From assembly GCA_963704885.1 (NCBI GenBank), contig CAVPIB010000004.1:832001-896000 (forward strand): DNA of 64,000 bases, in the 5' to 3' direction. The position numbers and the translations under genes are program-made. Source of the stretch: an uncultured Actinomycetes bacterium (GTDB lineage Bacteria > Actinomycetota > UBA4738 > HRBIN12). The notes beneath the pieces are model-generated. The model worked only from the letters and a program-made list of their open reading frames with translations, was not told the DNA's origin and did no database searches. This document shows, piece after piece, positions 9,299 to 19,202 of the stretch; the first letter of the stretch is position 1; every line of letters starts with the position of its first letter.

Positions 9299-12200
9299 TC
9301 AGGTTATGTTGAAGCTACGCCAGATGCTGTTGGCACCCAGGTTGCCCGCCGCATCGACGGCCCGGACCTGGAGCCCGTAGTTACCGGTCGACGGTGGTGT
9401 GAACGTGTAGCTCCACCCCGTGGAGGTTCCGCCCGGGTTGTCGAGCGTCGCGAACACGTAGGTGTACGGACCGAACGATGAGCCGTTCCACCATGTGGTG
9501 GTCGGGTTCAGCCGGATGGCGACCCGAACCAGGGTGACCCCGACGTCGTCGGTGGCCGTCCCTTCGATCGTGACGGTCGTGGACGTGCTCGAACCACCCG
9601 CCGGAGACGTCACGACGGCCTGCCCGGGGTTGGTCGTGTCAGACGGACCTCCCGTGCTGACGCTGAAGCTCCGCCACGTGCTGTTGGCACCCACGTTGGC
9701 CGCCGCATCGACCGCCCGGGTCTGCAACCCGAAGCTGCCCGAGGCCGGCGGTGCGAACGTGTAGCTCCACCCCGTGGTGGTCCCGCCGGGGTTGTCGAGC
9801 GTCGCGAGCACGTAGGTGTACGTACCGAACGATGAGCCGTTCCACCATGTCGTGGTCGGGTTCAGCCGGATGGCGACCCGAACCTCGGTGACTCCGACGT
9901 TGTCGCTCGCCGTCCCGGTGATCGTGAGGGGCGACGGGCCGCTCGAACCACCCGCCGGCGACGTCACGACGGTCTGGTCGGGGTCGGTCGTGTCGGCCGA
10001 ACCGAACGTCGAGAACCCGACCGGCCCAGCCGGCGACGGGTCGGCGACGAACGACGTGTCGACCGCTGTTGCGGTCACCGTGTACGCCCCGTTCGACGGC
10101 GCGATGAAGCTGTACGACCAGTTGGTCGCCGCCGCACCCGGACTCGCCAGGGTGGCGTTCACCGACGCGTCGAGGGTCGACCAGCCGGAGCCGGTCCAGT
10201 ACTCGCCCCCGCCGTTCACTATCCGAACCTGCACGGAATCCACCGCGATGTTGTCTGTGGCCGACCCGGTGATGGACACCGGTCCGGTCGGGAACGACTC
10301 ACCCTCGGTCGGCGTGCTCAGCACCGTATCCGGCGCCACGGTATCCGGCGGGCTCGAGGTCACAGTGAAGTCGACGTTGGGCATGGAGTTGTCGGTGTTG
10401 CCCGCCCCGTCACGCGCCTGCACCAGGATCCGGTAGTTACCGGCCGCGCGTGGCGTCCATGGCCACGTCCACCCGGTGGACAGACCCCCCGGTGTGTCCA
10501 GGGTGGTTTCGAACCACGCGAACCCTGTGCTGAATCCGGAGCCCGTCGCGGAGCCGTTCCACCACCGTCCGTCGGAAAGTCGCCTCAACGCGACACGCAC
10601 CGAGGTGACGCCGACGTTGTCCGTCGCCTGTCCCGCGAACTCAACGGTCGTGTAGGGGAGCTGAGCGCCCACCGTCGGGAAGGTCAGCGTCCCGTCCGGC
10701 CGCGTCGTGTCCAAGGCGGGAGGCGGAGGAGGAGGCGGCGGCGTGGTCCCCGGCATCCCGAACGTTCTCTGAGCGAACTGGCTCAGGTTCCCGTTGAAGT
10801 CCCGGGTCTTGACCTGGAGCAGGTACACACCTCCCGCGCTCACTCCGGTGAACGTGTATCGCCAGTTCACGAACGTGGCAGGGGCATTGTTGCTTGTCCA
10901 CCCCGCCAGGATCGACCGGCTGTTCGCCGTCTCCCAAGACGAGTTAGAGGGGTTCCACCATTTGCCGGTGTTCATATCCTGGATAGAGAGCTCGACGTTC
11001 CCGATAGCTGTGTTGTCCGTGGCCGTTCCCGTCATGTTCACCGGGTTCAACGGCTGGACGCTCTGGTTCGCCGGAGTGTTTATCGCCGGCGTTGGCGGAT
11101 TCGTCGGGTCCGTCAGCTTGGGCAGGTTGGGGTCGAAGACCTGGATCCGGTCGTTGCCCGAATCCGTCACGTACAGACGACCTTGGGCGTCGGCGTCGAT
11201 ACCGGATGGTCCGCGGAAATCGTACGACCCGTCGCCGTAGGTCGAGCCCCACTTGCCGAGGAAGTTGCCGGACAGGTCGAATGCCTGGATCCTAGAGGCG
11301 GCCTCGTCCGTCACGTACAAGACGTTGTTCGTGATGACGCCATCGGACCCGTCGCGGAACTGGCCGTCGCCGGTGCCCGCCGACCCGAACTGGGACAACT
11401 TAGTCCCGGCCTGGTCGTAGACATCGATTCGGTCATTCGATGGGTTGACCACGTAGATGTTGCCGGTGGCCGGATCGACCGCCGTCCCATGGTTCGCGTT
11501 CGGGATCATCAAGAGCTCTTGGAACGTCGTAGCGTTGAAGATCTTCACGCTCGCAGCCATCCGGTCACCGATGATGGCGACGCGTGTGCCGTCGGTCCGC
11601 GTGAAGAACTCGATGTCGACCGGCCAGCGGAAGTGACCCGGGTCTGTATCGTCGCTGCCGATCAGGCCGATCTGCGTCACGTAGGTCGGAGCCGCGGCGT
11701 TGCTCGTCGGGTAGTTGTAGACCTGGATATGGTGTCCCCGTTCGTTCGCTAGCCAGATCCGCCGGCTAACGGGGTCGATCGCGATGCTCCGCGGGTAGTT
11801 CATGTTGAACGGCCCGCCGGGACCGCGCTCGCCCCACGTACCGATGAGGGCCCCCGTGGAGGAGAACCGGTCGAAACGCTGAGCCCACGCGTCGGCGACC
11901 CAGACATCACCGGTGAGGTCGTCGACCGCGGCGTCCCGCGGCTGAGCCAGCAGCCCTGCCGGAGGCTTGCGCGGCGGGGCGGGAGCGGTCAGCAAGGGCG
12001 TGCCGTTGGCGGTGTACTTCTCGGTCTCGAACCCGCCGAAGTCAGGCACCCAGACGTTCCCGCTCCCGTCGATGTCGATCTGGCGACCACCACCCGCGAA
12101 CTGACCCGGGCCGTTGCCTTCACTCCCGAAGGAGAACAGGTAGTTCCCGTCCAGGTCGAAGACGTCGACATTCGAGAACTGGGCGTCGACCAGGTAGACG

Positions 12201-13048
12201 CGGTCGAGGTCCTCGTTGATAACGACCCCTCGGTTGTCTCCGCCGGTTTGGGTCTGGCCGAACGTCTGGAGGAGGTTCCCCGTCTCGTCGTAGATGTACG
12301 CGCGGCGGTTCCAGGCGTCCGAGAGGTAGACCCGGTTATCGTTGCCGACGTCGATGCCGTAGAGGCGCGGCGTCGTGTCGTCGGTCGTCCCCGGCGGGAG
12401 GACATCCCATTCGGAGATGAGGGTCACGTTCTGCGTCGCATCGTCGAAGTGGTAGCGAAGGACCCGCGGAGGGATCGTCGTGTCGTGCGTGAAGTGGCTG
12501 TCGAGCATCCAGACGTCGCCCGTGTCCTCCTCGACAGTGAGCCACACCGTGTAGAAGGCGCAGATCGTGGTCGAAGGGGTAGCGTTGCAGGTCCTTCCGA
12601 CCGTCGTTCCCCCGTTGTTCTGCTTCGCGTACATGAAGTTCCCGTCCTTGTCGTACTTCGCGATCCCGACAGTGATGGGGTTGTCCTTCAGCTCGGCTAC
12701 GTAGATGCTTCCGTCGCTCGGGTCCACACCGATCGTGTAAGGCTGTCCTAGGGCATCGTTCCTCCAGAAGTCGCCCAGGTGGTTCCCGTTCGTGTCGTAC
12801 CGGCGGACCTGGAAGTTGAGGTAGTCACCGACCAGGACCTCGTTGGTCACGGGGTTCCACTGGACGCCCCACGAGAAGACCCCGGGTCGCCCGCTGCCTC
12901 CGATCGTCCTTTCGAAGCGCGGCGGGAATGACGCGGCGGATGCCGGCGCCGTCGGTACCAGCACGAGCACCGTGCTGGCGATCAGCGCGAGGGCGACCAG
13001 AGTCACCCCGGGGCGTCTGTGCGGTCCGTCGTTACGTTTCATGTGCAC
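9299..13048 (-). CDS. Secreted NHL double propeller + 5 Trp-rich Ig-like domains (protein B2, 1249 aa)
   Basis: GTG start with AGGAGGA RBS. Signal peptide ending ASA-A. NHL repeats, five Ig-like modules, poly-Pro linker. Confidence 0.87.
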   Translation of the reverse strand: MHMKRNDGPHRRPGVTLVALALIASTVLVLVPTAPASAASFPPRFERTIGGSGRPGVFSWGVQWNPVTNEVLVGDYLNFQVRRYDTNGNHLGDFWRNDALGQPYTIGVDPSDGSIYVAELKDNPITVGIAKYDKDGNFMYAKQNNGGTTVGRTCNATPSTTICAFYTVWLTVEEDTGDVWMLDSHFTHDTTIPPRVLRYHFDDATQNVTLISEWDVLPPGTTDDTTPRLYGIDVGNDNRVYLSDAWNRRAYIYDETGNLLQTFGQTQTGGDNRGVVINEDLDRVYLVDAQFSNVDVFDLDGNYLFSFGSEGNGPGQFAGGGRQIDIDGSGNVWVPDFGGFETEKYTANGTPLLTAPAPPRKPPAGLLAQPRDAAVDDLTGDVWVADAWAQRFDRFSSTGALIGTWGERGPGGPFNMNYPRSIAIDPVSRRIWLANERGHHIQVYNYPTSNAAAPTYVTQIGLIGSDDTDPGHFRWPVDIEFFTRTDGTRVAIIGDRMAASVKIFNATTFQELLMIPNANHGTAVDPATGNIYVVNPSNDRIDVYDQAGTKLSQFGSAGTGDGQFRDGSDGVITNNVLYVTDEAASRIQAFDLSGNFLGKWGSTYGDGSYDFRGPSGIDADAQGRLYVTDSGNDRIQVFDPNLPKLTDPTNPPTPAINTPANQSVQPLNPVNMTGTATDNTAIGNVELSIQDMNTGKWWNPSNSSWETANSRSILAGWTSNNAPATFVNWRYTFTGVSAGGVYLLQVKTRDFNGNLSQFAQRTFGMPGTTPPPPPPPPALDTTRPDGTLTFPTVGAQLPYTTVEFAGQATDNVGVTSVRVALRRLSDGRWWNGSATGSGFSTGFAWFETTLDTPGGLSTGWTWPWTPRAAGNYRILVQARDGAGNTDNSMPNVDFTVTSSPPDTVAPDTVLSTPTEGESFPTGPVSITGSATDNIAVDSVQVRIVNGGGEYWTGSGWSTLDASVNATLASPGAAATNWSYSFIAPSNGAYTVTATAVDTSFVADPSPAGPVGFSTFGSADTTDPDQTVVTSPAGGSSGPSPLTITGTASDNVGVTEVRVAIRLNPTTTWWNGSSFGTYTYVLATLDNPGGTTTGWSYTFAPPASGSFGLQTRAVDAAANVGANSTWRSFSVSTGGPSDTTNPGQAVVTSPAGGSSTSTTVTIEGTATDDVGVTLVRVAIRLNPTTTWWNGSSFGPYTYVFATLDNPGGTSTGWSYTFTPPSTGNYGLQVRAVDAAGNLGANSIWRSFNIT
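9302..10000 (-). repeat. Intragenic ~354-bp tandem duplication (last two Ig-like domains of B2)
   Basis: AGCCGTTCCACCATGT at 9481 and 9835. The proteins share VRVAIRLNPTTTWWNGSSFG.YTYV.ATLDNPGGT.TGWSYTF. Confidence 0.85.
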
Positions 13049-13069
13049 CTTTCCTCCTGATGATGCTAG

Positions 13070-13391
13070 CTAGCTGGCCACGACAGCGAACTCTTGGACC
13101 CGCTCGCCATTCATCTCGACTACGTACAGCGAAGTTCCCAACGGGGACAGGTCCATGCCCCACGGGAAGTTGAACCGTCCCAAAGTCATCCCCGGGCCAC
13201 CGAAGGCCCGACGAACGTCCCATCCTTCCTCCAGAGGGCGGCCCGACCGGTGCCGGCGATCGTGCGAACGGGCGAGGGGACGCGAACGCCGCATCCGCGG
13301 GACCGGCAGGAAGCGTGAGTAGCGGTAGCGGGCTCGAGAGCCCGACGAGCGCTCGCGCTACGCCTCTGCGGATGGATCTGGATATCTTCAT
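13070..13391 (-). pseudogene. Chimeric remnant: 5' end of gene C fused to 3' end of gene A, with two 1-bp deletions
   Basis: 13233-13391 matches 7283-7442 and 13070-13235 matches 17385-17551. Joined at AGA (13233-13235), reading ...TGRAAL|WRKDGTFVG... Confidence 0.8.
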
Positions 13392-13519
13392 TCCCGGCAG
13401 GCCCCACCGACGGTCCCGGAGGGAGGAAGGCAACGCGAACTGGGACCGATCTGCTATCGAGCGTATCCGGTCCTCATCCGGACAACAATCGGCCGATGGG
13501 CTAGACCTTAAGACTTAGG

Positions 13520-13787
13520 TCATGCCTCTTCGGTGGAGGAACGCAGCCTCCGAAGATAGGGCGACCGTAGGCCGACCCGACCGCAGCGAACACCCCGAGA
13601 CCAACTAGTCCAAGGAGGCCGGCTTCAAGCAAGAACGGCCGGCGCCGTAGGTCGCTGCGATCGCGACATCGAGGACGAGCCCGGAGAGGACCGATGCCGC
13701 AGCCGCGACGCTCGTCGTGCCGGACTGGCGGATCACGTCGCGCGTGGTGCGCTTGGGCCTGGGCGCCTCGGGATCGCTCTCGCTCAG
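13520..13787 (-). pseudogene. Internally deleted second copy of murJ (5' and 3' ends only)
   Basis: 13520-13640 matches the murJ 3' end (7569-7690). 13639-13871 matches the murJ 5' end and leader (9010-9242). About 1.3 kb is missing. Confidence 0.85.
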
Positions 13788-13878
13788 TGGGATCGCCTTC
13801 GGATCGGGTTCCGGGTCAGCCTACGGTCTGGACTTGGCTACGTGTCGCAAGGCCGGGGTGCGTTCGACCTGGGAACGG

Positions 13879-13904
13879 GAGAGCGGGCCCGAAGGCCCGC
13901 TCTC
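13879..13904 (-). terminator. Hairpin terminator after NHL gene B1
   Basis: Stem GAGAGCGGGCC/GGCCCGCTCTC with a UUCG loop on the minus strand. Paralogous to 9248-9277, with different but still paired outer stem bases. Confidence 0.7.
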
Positions 13905-13930
13905 GCTCTCGCCCGCCTCGCCTTCCGAGG

Positions 13931-16900
13931 TTAGGTGATGTTGAAGTTCTTCCAGACGCTGGTGGCGCCTACGTTGCCCGCAGCGTCGACCCCACGGGAC
14001 TGGAGCCCGTAGTTACCGGTCGAAGGTGGCGTGAACGTGTAGCTCCACCCGGTGGTGGTGCCGCCTGGGTTGTCCAACGTGGCGAGCACGTAGGTGTAGG
14101 CACCGAACGTAGTGCCGTTCCACCACGTGGTTCCCGGGTTCAGCCGGATGTAAATCCGCACCGACGTCACCCCCACGTTGTCCGAGACCGTCCCGGTGAT
14201 CGTCACCGTGCCGCCCGGATTGTTGCTGTTATTCCCGACCGGGAACGTGACCACGCTCTGGCCGGGGTTCGTCGTGTCGGCCGAACCGAACGTCGAGAAC
14301 CCGACCGGGCCGGCCGGTGAGGCATCCGCCACGAACGACGAATCCACGGCGGTTGCCGTCACCTGGTACGAGTCGGATGATGGCGCGATGAAGTTGTACG
14401 ACCACGTCGTCGATGTCGTGCCCGGCGTCGCGAGGGTGGCGTTCACCACCGCGTCCGTGGGTGACCAGGTTGAGCCGGTCCAGTACTGACCACCGGAGTT
14501 GGTGATCCGCACCGCGACGGAGCCCACGGCGAGGTTGTCCGTCGCGGACCCGGTGATGGATACCGGTCCGGTCGGGAACGACCCGCCCTCCGTGGGCGTG
14601 TTCAGCACGGTGTCCGGCGCCACCGTATCCGGCGGCACGTTGCTCACGGTGAACCGCACGTTCGGCGTGGAGTTGTCCACGTTGCCGGCCGCGTCGAGCG
14701 CCTGAACCAGGATCTGGAAGTCACCGGGGACTGTGCTCGATCTCGGCGTCCATGCCCATGTCCATCCGGTCGACGTGCCTCCCGGAGTATCCAGCGTCGT
14801 ATCCCACCACCGGAACGTCGAGCTGAACCCCGATCCCGAGGTCGACCCGCTCCAGTACTGGTTGTTCGACAGGCGCTTCAACGAGACCCGCACCTGGTTC
14901 ACACCCACGTCGTCGGTCGCCTGACCGGTGAACGTGATCGGCGCGAACGGCAGCGTCTGCTGAGGCGTCGCGATGGGGAACGTCAGCGTGCCGTCGGGGC
15001 GGGTCGTGTCCTGCGGCGGCAGCGGCGGCGCCGGGGCCACCGGAGCGGTGCCCGGCGTGCCGAACGTCCGCTGCGTCATCAAGCCGATTCCGCCGTTCGC
15101 GTCACGCGTTCGGGCGCGCACGAGGTACTCGTGCCCCGAGGTGATCCCGAGGAACGTATACCGCCACTGCACGCTGGTCATCGGCGAGCCGATACTCCCG
15201 CCTGAGTACGCGGCCAGGATCGGCCGGGTGGACGTGGCCACCCACGAGCTCTGACCGGGATCCCACCAGAGACCCGTGGTCATATCCTGGATGTAGAGGT
15301 CCACGCTCGCCACCGAGACCGCGTCCGTCGCCGTACCCGTGATCGTCACGGGCCCGAGCGTCGCCACGGCCTGCTGGTTCGCAGGCGCCGTGATTGCCGG
15401 GGCAGGCGGGGCGCCGGAATCCTGGAGCTTCGCCAGGTTCGGGTTGTAGACCTGGATCCGGTCGTTGCCGGCGTCGGTCACGTACAGGCGACCAGCGCTA
15501 TCCGCATCCAGCCCGATGGCACCGCGATAGTTGTAGGCGCCGTCGGTGAACGCGCCGCCCCACCCGCCGAGGTAGGTGCCCTGCAGGTCGAACGCCTGCA
15601 CGCGTGACAGGGCCTCGTCCGATTGGTACAGGACGCCCTCGCTGATAACGGCGTCCACGCCGTCGCGCATCTGGCCGGGGCCGGTACCGCTCGATCCGAA
15701 CCTGAACGGCGTAACGCCATCCGCGTTCAACACCTGTGTCCCTGCCTGCGTGTAGACCTCGAACCGGTCGGCTTGCGGGTTATTGATGTAGATGTTCCCG
15801 GTCGCCAAGTCGATCGCGGTGCCGTGGTTCGCCACCGGGATCATAAGGATCTCTTGCCGCGTGACCGCGTCGAAGATCTTCACACTGGCGGCCATCCGGT
15901 CGCCGATGACCACCCTCATGTTGCCCGTGGGTGGCTGGTAGAACTCGAAGTCCACCGGCCACCGGAAATGTCCGGGATCGGTGTCGTCGCTCCCGATCTG
16001 CCCGATCTGGGCGACGTAGGTCGGCGACCCCGCCGCGCTGGTGGGGTAGTTGTAGACCTGGAGGTGGTGCCCACGCTCGTTCGCCACCCAGATCTGGCGG
16101 TTCTGCGGATTGATCCCGATGCTCCGCGGGTAGTTCATGTCGAATGGTCCGCCGGGACCACGCTGGCCCCAGGAACCCATGAGGGCCCCGGTCGAAGAGA
16201 ACCGCTGGAACCGCTGGTTCCAGGCGTCGGCGACCCAGATCTCACCGGTCTGGTCGTCGACAGCCACGTCCCGCGGCTGGCCGAGGAGCCCCGCCGCCGG
16301 CTTCTCCGCGGGCACCGGGGCTCGCAGGAGCGGCGTGCCGTTCCAGCTGAACTTCTCGACCTCGAAGCCACCGAAGTCCCCAACCCACACGTTCTCGTCG
16401 TCGTCGATCGCCAGCTGGCGACCGCCACCGGTGAACTGACCGGGGCCGTTGCCCTCGCTACCGAACGAGCCCACGTATGCCCCCGCGAGCGTGAACATGT
16501 CGACATCGGAGTTCTGCGCATCGACCACGTAGACCCGGTTGCGGGCCTCATTGACCTCGACACCCCGGTTGTCCCCGCCGGTCTGAGTCACCCCGAACGT
16601 TCCGAGCAGCTCACCCTGCGGGAACGCCGTGCTCGTGGGCGCGTAGTGGTAGACGCGGCGATTCCAAGCGTCGCTGATGAAGAACGTGCCATCCGAGATC
16701 CGATCGATCCCGTAGAGCCGCGGGATGTCGTCGTCCGTCAGCACGTCTGGCGGCAGCACGATGATGTCCTGCGTCGCGTCCCGGGTCTCACCGGTCAACG
16801 TCGCGTTCGGGATGTACTTTGAGATCTTCGGCGGATCTGCGATCGTGTGCCAATAGTGGCTGTTGAGCATCCAAAGGAATCCCTGGTCGTCGACCGTGAT

Positions 16901-17362
16901 CCACACCGAGTACGGCAACGCTGAACCCGTCGGTCGGATCTCGTACAGGAAGTTCCCGTTGACGTCGTACTTCGCGATCCGGTTGGAGTAGGGGTTGTCC
17001 TTCAGCTCCGCGACGTAGATCGACCCGTCTACGGGGCTGACCGCACAGGTGTACGGCTGCCCGTCCTGGTCGGAACGATAGAAATCGAAGATGTGGTTCC
17101 CCTGCTTGTCGTAGACACGGACCTGGAAGTTCAAGTAGTCCGTGACGTAGACATAGCCGGTGAACTTGCTGAAGCACGTTCCCCAGGCGAACACGCCCGG
17201 ACGCCCACTGCCCCCGATCGACCGCAAGAACCGCGGCGGGAAGGTTGCGGCGGATGCCGGCGACGCCGGTATGAGCACCAGCACCGTGCTTGCGATGAGC
17301 GCGAGAGCAACAAGTGTCACCCCGCGGCGCTTGTTCGGTACGTCGTTGCGTCTCAAGTGCAC
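13931..17362 (-). CDS. Secreted NHL double propeller + 4 Trp-rich Ig-like domains (protein B1, ~1143 aa)
   Basis: GTG start at 17362 with AAGGAGGA RBS, homologous to the B2 start. Signal peptide, NHL repeats, four Ig-like modules. Confidence 0.87.
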   Translation of the reverse strand: MHLRRNDVPNKRRGVTLVALALIASTVLVLIPASPASAATFPPRFLRSIGGSGRPGVFAWGTCFSKFTGYVYVTDYLNFQVRVYDKQGNHIFDFYRSDQDGQPYTCAVSPVDGSIYVAELKDNPYSNRIAKYDVNGNFLYEIRPTGSALPYSVWITVDDQGFLWMLNSHYWHTIADPPKISKYIPNATLTGETRDATQDIIVLPPDVLTDDDIPRLYGIDRISDGTFFISDAWNRRVYHYAPTSTAFPQGELLGTFGVTQTGGDNRGVEVNEARNRVYVVDAQNSDVDMFTLAGAYVGSFGSEGNGPGQFTGGGRQLAIDDDENVWVGDFGGFEVEKFSWNGTPLLRAPVPAEKPAAGLLGQPRDVAVDDQTGEIWVADAWNQRFQRFSSTGALMGSWGQRGPGGPFDMNYPRSIGINPQNRQIWVANERGHHLQVYNYPTSAAGSPTYVAQIGQIGSDDTDPGHFRWPVDFEFYQPPTGNMRVVIGDRMAASVKIFDAVTRQEILMIPVANHGTAIDLATGNIYINNPQADRFEVYTQAGTQVLNADGVTPFRFGSSGTGPGQMRDGVDAVISEGVLYQSDEALSRVQAFDLQGTYLGGWGGAFTDGAYNYRGAIGLDADSAGRLYVTDAGNDRIQVYNPNLAKLQDSGAPPAPAITAPANQQAVATLGPVTITGTATDAVSVASVDLYIQDMTTGLWWDPGQSSWVATSTRPILAAYSGGSIGSPMTSVQWRYTFLGITSGHEYLVRARTRDANGGIGLMTQRTFGTPGTAPVAPAPPLPPQDTTRPDGTLTFPIATPQQTLPFAPITFTGQATDDVGVNQVRVSLKRLSNNQYWSGSTSGSGFSSTFRWWDTTLDTPGGTSTGWTWAWTPRSSTVPGDFQILVQALDAAGNVDNSTPNVRFTVSNVPPDTVAPDTVLNTPTEGGSFPTGPVSITGSATDNLAVGSVAVRITNSGGQYWTGSTWSPTDAVVNATLATPGTTSTTWSYNFIAPSSDSYQVTATAVDSSFVADASPAGPVGFSTFGSADTTNPGQSVVTFPVGNNSNNPGGTVTITGTVSDNVGVTSVRIYIRLNPGTTWWNGTTFGAYTYVLATLDNPGGTTTGWSYTFTPPSTGNYGLQSRGVDAAGNVGATSVWKNFNIT

Positions 17363-17384
17363 CTTATCCTCCTTCTGATGCCAG

Positions 17385-19202
17385 CTAACTGGCCACGACA
17401 GCGAACTCTTGGACCCGCTCGCCATTCATCTCGACTACGTACAACGAGGTTCCCGATGGGGACAGGTCCATACCCCACGGGAAGTTGAACCGTCCCAGTG
17501 AACCGCCCGGGCCTCCGAAGGCCCCGACGAACGTCCCACCCTTCCTCCAGACCTTGATCATGTTGGCGCTCGAATCCGCCACGAAGACGAAGTCGGCGTC
17601 GATCTCAACATCTCCCACTTGACCGAGGTTGCTCGTCCCGCTCCCGGGTGTGCCGACCGAACCGAGGTAGCTCCCCGCGTTGGTGTAGTGGCGGACCCGG
17701 CCGGCGTCGGCGATCCAGATCGAGTTGTCGATGGGATCGAGGCCGATCCCTCGGGGCTGGCTGAACAACGGCCCTGCTCCGCTCCCGAACGAATAGAGGA
17801 GCGCCCCGACCGAACTGAGTACGTTCACCCTGCGCGTACCGATGTCGCCGAAGTAGATCCGACCGTCGGCACCGACGTCTACCTGGAACGCCTTGCCGTT
17901 CGCCTGCCATTGGTAGACGCCATCGTTCGTGTACTTCTTGATCCGGGAGTTGTCCGTGTCTGCGACGACGACCGCGCCGGTGGTGCGGTCGACGGCGATC
18001 CCGCGTTGGTAGTTGAAACCGTACGAGCCGCCCCCGCGGGAGCCCCATTGGGTCATGTATGACCCGTCTGCCGCGAACTTCTGGATGCGCCAGTTCCGCT
18101 GGTCGGCCACGAAGATCTGGCCGTTCGCATCAACAGCCACGCCGGAAGATGCGTTGAATCCGCCGTCGGGAGGTCCGAGGGTAGATGTTGCCAAGATGAA
18201 TTGACCGCTGGAAGTGAACTTCTGCGCCTTGAAATCGGGCATGTCAGCGACCCACACGTTCCCATCGTGATCCACCGTCACCCCTCGACCTCCACCGACG
18301 AACTTCCCAGGGGTCGAGCCGACCCCGCCGAAGCGGAGGAGGTATGTGCCGGTCGTCGTGAACTTGCTCACATACCCGTTCGAGGCGTCGACGATGTAGA
18401 CCCACTCGTTCGCCTGATCGACCGCGAGGCCGCGCATGTCCCCACCGAACCGGCCGGGGCTCGACCCGCTCGAGCCGAAAGAGCGGACGAACGACACGCT
18501 CGAAGCCGTGGTCCCCGCGTCTTGGAGCCGGAAGACGTCGACGCGCCGGCCCGACGCCTCGGCGACGAACAGGAGATCGCTCGTCGGGGAGTCGCAGTGA
18601 TAGCAGATGTCCATACCCCGTGGCGTCTGAACCCTCCCCGGGCTCGTCGTGCCGAACTGGAACAGCTCAGTGCCGGTGGGTGACACCATGACCAAGTTGT
18701 TGTCACGGGAGTCGGCGACGACGAGCCTGCCGTTGCTCGTCACGGCTTGATAGGCGGGATAGATGAACCGCCCGCTTCCCGAGCCTGCGCTCGGCCCGCC
18801 TACGCTGTACAGGAACGAACCGGTCGCCGAGTACTTGTCGACAGTCGCTCCCGCGTCGACGTCGCCGAAATAGAAGTCACCGTTCCGCGGATCGACCGCG
18901 ACGCTGTAGGGCGCCTGGTGAGCCGCCGGTCCGGTGAAGTTCGGCCCGACGAGCTGTTGGTCGAAGGAGCCGTCAGTGTTGAAGGTTACGACGCGCCAGT
19001 TCCAGTAGTCGGTCATCAGGATCTTGCCGTCGAGCGTGGTCGCGAGACCCCACGGGTAGACGTCGGCGTGTCCTGGGTCACCGATCTGACGCACAGGCAC
19101 CAGTGAGACCGTCGTCGCTGCACCCGCGGCGACGGGAACGAACCACGCCACGGCGACCAGCGCAGCGAGGGCAGCCGACAGGGCGCCGAGCCGTTTCGTC
19201 AT
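17385..19202 (-). CDS. Secreted NHL double-propeller protein without Ig domains (protein A, 605 aa)
   Basis: Signal peptide ending AGA-A. About 12 NHL blades. 22-nt gap to B1, so likely co-transcribed. Confidence 0.85.
   Translation of the reverse strand: MTKRLGALSAALAALVAVAWFVPVAAGAATTVSLVPVRQIGDPGHADVYPWGLATTLDGKILMTDYWNWRVVTFNTDGSFDQQLVGPNFTGPAAHQAPYSVAVDPRNGDFYFGDVDAGATVDKYSATGSFLYSVGGPSAGSGSGRFIYPAYQAVTSNGRLVVADSRDNNLVMVSPTGTELFQFGTTSPGRVQTPRGMDICYHCDSPTSDLLFVAEASGRRVDVFRLQDAGTTASSVSFVRSFGSSGSSPGRFGGDMRGLAVDQANEWVYIVDASNGYVSKFTTTGTYLLRFGGVGSTPGKFVGGGRGVTVDHDGNVWVADMPDFKAQKFTSSGQFILATSTLGPPDGGFNASSGVAVDANGQIFVADQRNWRIQKFAADGSYMTQWGSRGGGSYGFNYQRGIAVDRTTGAVVVADTDNSRIKKYTNDGVYQWQANGKAFQVDVGADGRIYFGDIGTRRVNVLSSVGALLYSFGSGAGPLFSQPRGIGLDPIDNSIWIADAGRVRHYTNAGSYLGSVGTPGSGTSNLGQVGDVEIDADFVFVADSSANMIKVWRKGGTFVGAFGGPGGSLGRFNFPWGMDLSPSGTSLYVVEMNGERVQEFAVVAS

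Noticed and set aside
13049-13930. Mosaic spacer as an IS/MITE or site-specific inversion system
   Set aside because: All pieces are direct copies of local genes. There are no terminal inverted repeats, target duplication, transposase or recombinase.
18594-18606. CYHC in protein A as a heme-c or redox motif
   Set aside because: It is CxxCD, not CxxCH. Other paralogues have unrelated Cys pairs in loops, consistent with structural disulfides.
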